41,975 bases of DNA from Armatimonadota bacterium (GTDB lineage: Bacteria; Armatimonadota; Zipacnadia; Zipacnadales; UBA11051): assembly GCA_046483205.1 (NCBI GenBank), contig JAWODS010000345.1, forward strand, positions 1 to 41,975, written 5' to 3'. Numbering within the stretch: the stretch's first letter is position 1; the number at the start of each line of letters is the position of its first letter. Made by a program: the position numbers and the translations under genes. Under the pieces are notes generated by a model. That model saw nothing but the letters and a program-made list of their open reading frames with translations, did no database searches and had not been told where the DNA came from. Shown here piece by piece: positions 36,191 through 41,975 of the stretch.

Positions 36191-36955
36191 TCAGGCTGAA
36201 TCCACCCAGGCCCTGTACAGCAGCGAGTAGATCTGGATGATGCGTTCGGCGTCCGGGCTGGGTGTATCGGACTCCACGGAGTTAAAGCCTGTATAGCCGA
36301 TGTCCTTCAGCCACCGGAACAGGAGCCGGTAGGGATAGATGTTCTCCAGCTCGTGCATGTGGACATGGCGCAGATACGGCTTGATGGGCTCCAAAAACTG
36401 CCCGATGGAGCCGAAGGCGATTTCGGAGACGTTGCAGTTGTAAACGATTCCGATGCGCTGGTGGTCGGCGATCTCCACGGCCCGCAGGCTGTATTCCCAG
36501 TATGAGAAGTCGCCGTGCAGCTCGAGGTTGCAGTCCACGCCGGTCGGTGCCGCGTGTTCGGCGATCTCGGCCAGTGCTTCTCCGACGTTCTCGATGACCT
36601 CGTCTTTATCAGCGCCCTCGGGAAAGCTGTTGCCGAAAACGCGAATGCGGGGACAGCCCACCTCTGCGGCCAGGTCGATATACCGCTTCGCTTCATCGAT
36701 CTGCTCCCGGCGTTCGGCGTCATCCAGTGACTCGAACCGGCAGCTTGTCCCAATCCCCGCGATCTCCAGGGTGCTGTCTTCCATGCGCTGTTTGATTTCT
36801 TTGCGCTCTTCGGTCGTGGCCTCCAGCTCCACTCCATGAGGCCCGACACCGGAGCGGAACTCGATCCCGTCGTAGTCGTATGCCTCGCAGATGCGTATCA
36901 GCTCTTCGAGCTCAAAGTCTCGTCCGAGGTTATAGGTCAAAAGGCTCAGTTTCAT
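36191..36955 (-). CDS. Sugar phosphate isomerase/epimerase family (AP endonuclease 2 TIM barrel), paralog A
   Basis: YDGIEFR, IDLA..VG.P.IRVFG, LE.HGDF, HVH and GY.G..S.E; GGAGG RBS before ATG 36955. Confidence 0.88.
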   Translation of the reverse strand: MKLSLLTYNLGRDFELEELIRICEAYDYDGIEFRSGVGPHGVELEATTEERKEIKQRMEDSTLEIAGIGTSCRFESLDDAERREQIDEAKRYIDLAAEVGCPRIRVFGNSFPEGADKDEVIENVGEALAEIAEHAAPTGVDCNLELHGDFSYWEYSLRAVEIADHQRIGIVYNCNVSEIAFGSIGQFLEPIKPYLRHVHMHELENIYPYRLLFRWLKDIGYTGFNSVESDTPSPDAERIIQIYSLLYRAWVDSA

Positions 36956-37035
36956 CGTCTTATCCTCCCATACAGGCACACGCAGCCCAGCTATTGCGGC
37001 GCAGGCCCACGGTTGCCCTCACGGTCAATGTTTGC

Positions 37036-37803
37036 TTACGAGTTCCAGTACATCCACTCAAAGAGGCGGGCGTACAGGGCGATTACGCGCTCGGGATCGT
37101 CGCTGCCCTGCGCCTCCAGCGAGCAGTATTCGCCGTACCCGAGATCCTTCATGATGCGGAAAAACTCGGGATACGGATAGTCGGTATCTTCCAGGTTGTG
37201 CATGTGGACGTGGCGCAGGTACGGGGCGATAGGCTCGATGAAGGTGCGAATCGGGCCCCAGTCCGTCTCCCGCCGATCGCAGTTGTACACGATGCCGATC
37301 CGGTCGTGGTCGGCAAGCTCGACGGCGCGCAGCGTGTACTCCCAGTAGTAGAAATCGCCGTGCATTTCGAGGTTGCAGTCAACACCGGTGCCCTCGGCAT
37401 GCTCGCCAATTTCTCTCAGGGCGGCGCCGACATTTTCAACAACCTGGTCTTTGTCGGCGCCCTCCGGAAAGGCGTTGCCAAAAACGCGGACGCGCGGAGC
37501 CCCGACGTCGGCGGCGAGGTCGATGAACTGTTTGGCGATATCCACCTGCTCCTGCCGCTCGTCTGCATCCAGCGACTCGAAACGGCAACTTGTGGAGATA
37601 CCGGCGAGGTTGACGGTGTGAGCGTCGAAAATCTCTTTGATTTCGGCGCGCTCGTCGGCGGTGGTGTCAAGCTCGATGCCGTGTTTGTGATCGGCCTGTG
37701 CCCGGCATTCCACGCCCTTGTAACCATACCGGTCACACACCTCCAAAAGCTCCTGCAGCTCAAAGCCTTTTCCAAGGTTGAAGGTCAGCAGACATAGCTT
37801 CAC
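37036..37803 (-). CDS. Sugar phosphate isomerase/epimerase family, paralog B
   Basis: Colinear and highly similar to 36191-36955; GTG start with AGGAGG RBS. Confidence 0.88.
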   Translation of the reverse strand: MKLCLLTFNLGKGFELQELLEVCDRYGYKGVECRAQADHKHGIELDTTADERAEIKEIFDAHTVNLAGISTSCRFESLDADERQEQVDIAKQFIDLAADVGAPRVRVFGNAFPEGADKDQVVENVGAALREIGEHAEGTGVDCNLEMHGDFYYWEYTLRAVELADHDRIGIVYNCDRRETDWGPIRTFIEPIAPYLRHVHMHNLEDTDYPYPEFFRIMKDLGYGEYCSLEAQGSDDPERVIALYARLFEWMYWNS

Positions 37804-37897
37804 GATAATACCCTCCTGGTTTTTTCCTCACGGCCGGTGTCATTTGAATTTCTTCAGTCCGCCATCCCCTTCTCGCCTGCGGGAAATTTCCCCTGCA

Positions 37898-38722
37898 TCA
37901 GCCGAGAAACGGGAAGAACTCAGCAAGCTCTTCGTCCGAGGGAAGGCGTCCGTACTCGGAGATCATGAAGCATTCGGCGCTCTGAACTTCGGCGGCATGT
38001 TTCTCTCCGTACCACTTCGCCAGGCACTCGCGGCCGTCGTCGGCCTGTCGCTTGAAGCGTTCGACAAGCTGTTGCCTCAAATATTCACGACGTCCCGCTT
38101 CGTCATCGGGCACCTCGGTTCCGGCGTCCCTGTTGTACGGGAGCCACTCAAACACCTGGGAGACATGGCAGGCGATCATATCCACCTTGCGCTCGAAAAC
38201 ATCATCGGTATCGACCGCCACGTCCGCACGGAAGGGTGTTGGGTCTTTAAACCGGTCGTAGTAATAAAACAGCACCGGCATCTCCTTCAGCGCCGGTGTC
38301 AGCGGCGCCACGTTGGGCACCGTGACAGTATAGCTGGCGTCCTGGACGAGCTGTCCGACCGTGCGGTGGTCGGGGTGGTAATCATTGGCCCGGTGGCACA
38401 TGACGACATCTGCATCAAACTCGCGCATCAGCTCGATGACGGTCCAGCGGTTTCGGACGGTTGTCTGAATTTCGCCGTTGTGAATGTCGAGGATTTCATA
38501 TTCGACATCGGCGATTTCGGCGGCGGCCTGTGCCTCGGCGTATCTCCGGCGGGCCAGCTCACCTCCGCCTATCTGGTGGTGACCGGTGTCACCGTTGGTC
38601 ATGGACACGAACTTCACATTGTGTCCGAGCTCCCGCAGCTTCATGGCGGTGGCACCGAAACGGAAGTCACAGTCGTCGGGATGTGCTCCAAAAAGCAGGT
38701 AGTTGAAAGTTTGGGTACTCAT
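37898..38722 (-). CDS. PIG-L/LmbE family de-N-acetylase
   Basis: AHPDD, TNGD.G, R..EA..AA, DYHPDH and H.SQ. Confidence 0.92.
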   Translation of the reverse strand: MSTQTFNYLLFGAHPDDCDFRFGATAMKLRELGHNVKFVSMTNGDTGHHQIGGGELARRRYAEAQAAAEIADVEYEILDIHNGEIQTTVRNRWTVIELMREFDADVVMCHRANDYHPDHRTVGQLVQDASYTVTVPNVAPLTPALKEMPVLFYYYDRFKDPTPFRADVAVDTDDVFERKVDMIACHVSQVFEWLPYNRDAGTEVPDDEAGRREYLRQQLVERFKRQADDGRECLAKWYGEKHAAEVQSAECFMISEYGRLPSDEELAEFFPFLG

Positions 38723-38737
38723 GGCTTCGCTGATTGT

Positions 38738-39538
38738 TCAGCTATTTGCTCCTTCCAGTGTCTTAATGAGTGAAACGAGATCATTGACCGCTTCTGCGGC
38801 AAGCTTCTCCCCCATCTGCGCCGAGGCCTTCCCGGGGTCACCCATGACCCCCACCTCGATGTCGGGATGCTGGCCGACCCGGGGGACCACCTCTTCGACA
38901 TCAACATTTTTGTGTGATACCTGGTAGGCGTCCGGATCGTCGCGCATCATCTCCAGGATCTCCGGCCGGTCTGTGGTGATTTCGCCCTTCAGGACTTCGT
39001 CAGGGGCCCAGAACATCATCAGAGAGGTCTCAAACGCGCCCGCGTGATAATCCCGCTCCTCGTCATAAAAGGGTCGGAATATGTCCGACATGAGCACGTT
39101 GCAGACGGCCACATTGCGGTCCTGGTAGCCCGGATAATCCCGGACGAAGTGGTATGCGCCGCGCTCGACGGCTTCGGTATTTTCACTGCCGCCGTGACCG
39201 AGCACGATGATAAGATTCTGCAGACCGTGAAACGCCAGGGCCCGGAGTATCTCGGTGATCATCTGCGACACAACGTTGAGATTGATATTGATGCTGCCTT
39301 CGAGTTCGCCGCCGGAGAAGGTATAGGGCAAAAGCGGCGCCACGAAGGAGCCGGTCTTTTCGGCGGCGCGGGTGGAAATCTGCCAGGCGTTGTGATTGTC
39401 GGTATCGGTGGTCAGGTGATAGCCATGCTGTTCGGTACACCCGATGGGGATGAGGACGGTCCCGGTGTCCTGCAGCCCCTCCCGGATCTGCTTGACGGTC
39501 ATCTTCTGCCAGATCTTTGCATTACCCATGGGACTCAT
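38738..39538 (-). CDS. Creatininase family amidohydrolase
   Basis: P.G..EQHG.HL...TD, GHGG, HAG..ETS and G..GDP..AS...G. Confidence 0.92.
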   Translation of the reverse strand: MSPMGNAKIWQKMTVKQIREGLQDTGTVLIPIGCTEQHGYHLTTDTDNHNAWQISTRAAEKTGSFVAPLLPYTFSGGELEGSININLNVVSQMITEILRALAFHGLQNLIIVLGHGGSENTEAVERGAYHFVRDYPGYQDRNVAVCNVLMSDIFRPFYDEERDYHAGAFETSLMMFWAPDEVLKGEITTDRPEILEMMRDDPDAYQVSHKNVDVEEVVPRVGQHPDIEVGVMGDPGKASAQMGEKLAAEAVNDLVSLIKTLEGANS

Positions 39539-39611
39539 CTCGGTTCCTGGTGATAGTCGATGCTCGGGTATTCGTTCCAGATACCCTTATTCAAACGTAC
39601 CTTTTGACACA

Positions 39612-39647
39612 TAAAAAGAGCCACTCGCGACGCGCGCCGGGAGTGGC
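39612..39647 (-). terminator. Probable intrinsic terminator after the Gfo gene
   Basis: Minus strand GCCACTC...GAGTGGC stem followed by TCTTTTTAT. Confidence 0.55.
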
Positions 39648-39685
39648 GTGTAAAGCGGGCTCTTTATATGCTGTTGAGCACAGTG

Positions 39686-40729
39686 TCAGTCAAATCGAAC
39701 CATCCGACCGGTTTCGCTGGATTCATAGATCTTCAAAATCACTTCGACGGCTCGGCGGGCCTCGCGGGCGGAAAGTTTCGGCTCGCGGTCATTTTCAACA
39801 GCGTCCAGCAGGTCGCCAATCTGCTCGGTGTGGGCATCCACGGCCTCGCCTTTCATGCCGTCTTCAGGTTTCGCGGCTCCGCCTGCTTCACCTGCTTCAG
39901 GGTCGAAGATGGTGTCCTCGCCCTCCACCTCCCACAGCCTGATGTCCTCGCCGACGGTGATGATGTTGCCCTTTGTGCCGTGAATTTCAAGCTCAGCGGG
40001 GTGCCCCTGGTACGTGCATGTCGTGCCCTGGATGACGCCCTGAGCGCCGGAGGTGAACTTCAACGCGGCGGTGGCACAATCCTCCACCTCGATCATATCG
40101 TGGTCGAGGGCGTCTGCAAAGCCTCCAAGCACCTCGACATCCCCCATGATCCAGATGAGCAGATCGACGTAATGAATCGACTGGTTCATCAGTGCGCCGC
40201 CGCCGTCGAGCTTCTTCGTACCGTGCCAGCCGTCGCTGTAGTACTCGTCGGTGCGATACCACGGGACCTTCGCGTTTCCGTATAAAAGCTTCCCGAGCTT
40301 CCCCGTCTCAGCGTAGTTTTTGATCTTCTTGTAAATCGTGTAGCCGCGAAACTGGTGTGTCGCCCCGATTTTCACGTTGTTTCTTTCGCCTGCTTCGATC
40401 AATGCGTCGATTTTTTCCAGCGTCACATCAATCGGCTTGGTGCAGATGACGTGCTTTCCCGCATCGGCACATTGAATGCCCAGAGGCGCATGCAGGCCAC
40501 TCGGCACCACGACGTTGACGACGTCGATCCGATCATCCTTCAGCATCTCGTCGAGATCGACATAATACTCGCAGCCGTATTTTTCAGCTTTCGATTTTGC
40601 AGCCTCTTCAACCCTATCGCACACAGCAATGGTTTCAGCATTCGGAAGCTTTGCAATCGCATCGAGATGTGTGTCTGAAATGACGCCACATCCGAGAACG
40701 CCAAACCCATATTTGTTGTCTTTGGCCAT
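39686..40729 (-). CDS. Gfo/Idh/MocA family oxidoreductase
   Basis: GVLGCG, PSGLH, GKHVICTKP, GGGALMNQSIH.VD and EVED. Confidence 0.93.
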   Translation of the reverse strand: MAKDNKYGFGVLGCGVISDTHLDAIAKLPNAETIAVCDRVEEAAKSKAEKYGCEYYVDLDEMLKDDRIDVVNVVVPSGLHAPLGIQCADAGKHVICTKPIDVTLEKIDALIEAGERNNVKIGATHQFRGYTIYKKIKNYAETGKLGKLLYGNAKVPWYRTDEYYSDGWHGTKKLDGGGALMNQSIHYVDLLIWIMGDVEVLGGFADALDHDMIEVEDCATAALKFTSGAQGVIQGTTCTYQGHPAELEIHGTKGNIITVGEDIRLWEVEGEDTIFDPEAGEAGGAAKPEDGMKGEAVDAHTEQIGDLLDAVENDREPKLSAREARRAVEVILKIYESSETGRMVRFD

Positions 40730-40968
40730 ATCCTGCCCTCCTGTGGATGGAATATGCTGAACCGGCCAGTGCTGCGAGGATAGCTGTTCGCAGGGCCAGT
40801 TTGTGGGTCAACTGAAGCAGTGGAAAGGTAGCAAAAAAACGCCTGAAATGCAAATATCGACAATTGCGCAAATGAAGGTATTCTTCGCTCATCTCGCCAA
40901 ATAGAGAGTACTGCAGGCCGGGGCGAATATACTCTGCACCGTGTCTGTGACTGTGATTGTTTGCGATT

Positions 40969-41975
40969 ATGATAGATGGTGTGAGCATGAATACGGGCAA
41001 AATGTCAGAGGTCCAGAATCCCTACGACGGCAGCGTCATTGACACTGTTATCGAGGCGAGCACTAAGGACGTCGAGCGGGCCTGTGAAGCGGCCTATAAT
41101 GCGCTCGAGGACATGAGTGGCATGACCGCCTACGAGCGCAGCAACGCGCTTTTCGAGGTGTGGCGAAGACTTGACGACGAACGCGAACACCTCGCCTCAC
41201 TGGTCTGCCAGGAGGTCGGCAAGACCATCTCTGAAGCCCGTGGTGAAATCGGCCGGGCGATGGAGGTTGTGCGGCTTGCCTCCGAGGAAGCCAAGCGTTT
41301 CGCAGGCGCGCAGATTCCCTTTGACGGCGCCTCCAACGGTGCTGGCAAGACAGGGTTTTTCATGTACGTTCCTGCGGGCGTGGTGGCCGCCATCGTGCCG
41401 TTCAACTTTCCAATGGTGCTGACGGCCCACAAGCTGGCGCCCGCGCTGGCGGCGGGCAATTCTGTGGTACTCAAGCCTCCGCCCCAGGCCCCCCTGGCCG
41501 CCTGCAAATTCGCCACGATCTTTCAGGAGGCCGGCTTTCCCGACGGTGCGCTCAATGTCGTGCCCGGCGGGGCTGAAGTCGGTGACGCCCTCGTCAGGAA
41601 TGACCGGGTGCGCGTGGTCGCCTTCGGAGGCAGTGACCGAACGGGAGAGATCGTCGCCCGCGCAGCGGGCATGAAGCGGCTTTTGCTGGAATGTGGCAGC
41701 ACGGCATCCGTCACAATTATGGAAACCGGGCATAGCGACGATGCCGTCGATGCGTGTGTGCGGGCCGGATATTCCGTCGCCGGCCAGATGTGCATACACA
41801 TGCAGCGGCTCTTCGTGCACAACAGCATTTTCGAGGAGGTCCTCGACGACTTCGTCCGGCGCACCGAAGCACTGGTGGTCGGAGACCCCCGGAAGGAGGA
41901 CATCGACGTTGGGCCGATGATCGACCAGGCCGCAGCAGAGCGGGTGGAAAGCTGGGTCAAGGAGGCGGTTGCCGA
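40969..41975 (+). CDS. Aldehyde dehydrogenase family protein (3' end runs off the window)
   Basis: Translated by hand, absent from the track: MIDGVSMNTGKMSEVQNPYDG...EVGKTISEARGE...PFNFP...KLAPALAAGNSVVLKP...AGQMCI (catalytic Cys); in-frame stop just upstream at 40954. Confidence 0.9.
   Translation, partial: MIDGVSMNTGKMSEVQNPYDGSVIDTVIEASTKDVERACEAAYNALEDMSGMTAYERSNALFEVWRRLDDEREHLASLVCQEVGKTISEARGEIGRAMEVVRLASEEAKRFAGAQIPFDGASNGAGKTGFFMYVPAGVVAAIVPFNFPMVLTAHKLAPALAAGNSVVLKPPPQAPLAACKFATIFQEAGFPDGALNVVPGGAEVGDALVRNDRVRVVAFGGSDRTGEIVARAAGMKRLLLECGSTASVTIMETGHSDDAVDACVRAGYSVAGQMCIHMQRLFVHNSIFEEVLDDFVRRTEALVVGDPRKEDIDVGPMIDQAAAERVESWVKEAVA

Noticed and set aside
36880-38773. Plus-strand ORFs of 305 and 331 aa
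   Set aside because: Antisense to the isomerase and PIG-L genes, which carry clear family motifs.
1-41975. CRISPR arrays, tRNA/rRNA, transposases, integrases, prophage or defence genes
   Set aside because: None recognised; intergenic gaps are short and no spaced repeat arrays or recombinase motifs were seen by eye.

Overview
GC-rich bacterial chromosomal window with about 42 densely packed CDSs. I found no rRNA, tRNA, CRISPR array or mobile element. A prepilin-type/H-X9-DG protein and the mixed-function operons suggest Armatimonadota or a similar lineage (inference only). The left minus-strand operon encodes a CoA-substrate activase, a TPR-CAP protein, GmhA, BirA, a TPR-Ig-polysaccharide deacetylase and a GH5-like hydrolase. 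The best candidate for an undescribed system is a plus-strand set at 10.2-22.7 kb: TPP-dependent E1-beta and E1-alpha, an E2-like protein with only lipoyl and subunit-binding domains (no acyltransferase core), FabG, a FabF-like ketosynthase with a catalytically dead KS/CLF-like partner, and a class III aminotransferase. No ACP or E3 is present in the window. A DUF47-Pit operon preceded by an 11-bp-period Pho-box-like array sits inside this set and runs directly into the KS genes. Further right are BlaI/M56 with a visible operator, nadD-LCP-rsfS, a Csp with an acidic tail, a ClC, GT2/DegT, CBS-ArsB/NhaD-NikR, a minus-strand putative amino-sugar catabolic cluster with a tandem paralog pair, and a partial aldehyde dehydrogenase that the ORF track missed. 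All calls come from motif recognition by eye, with no database searches.
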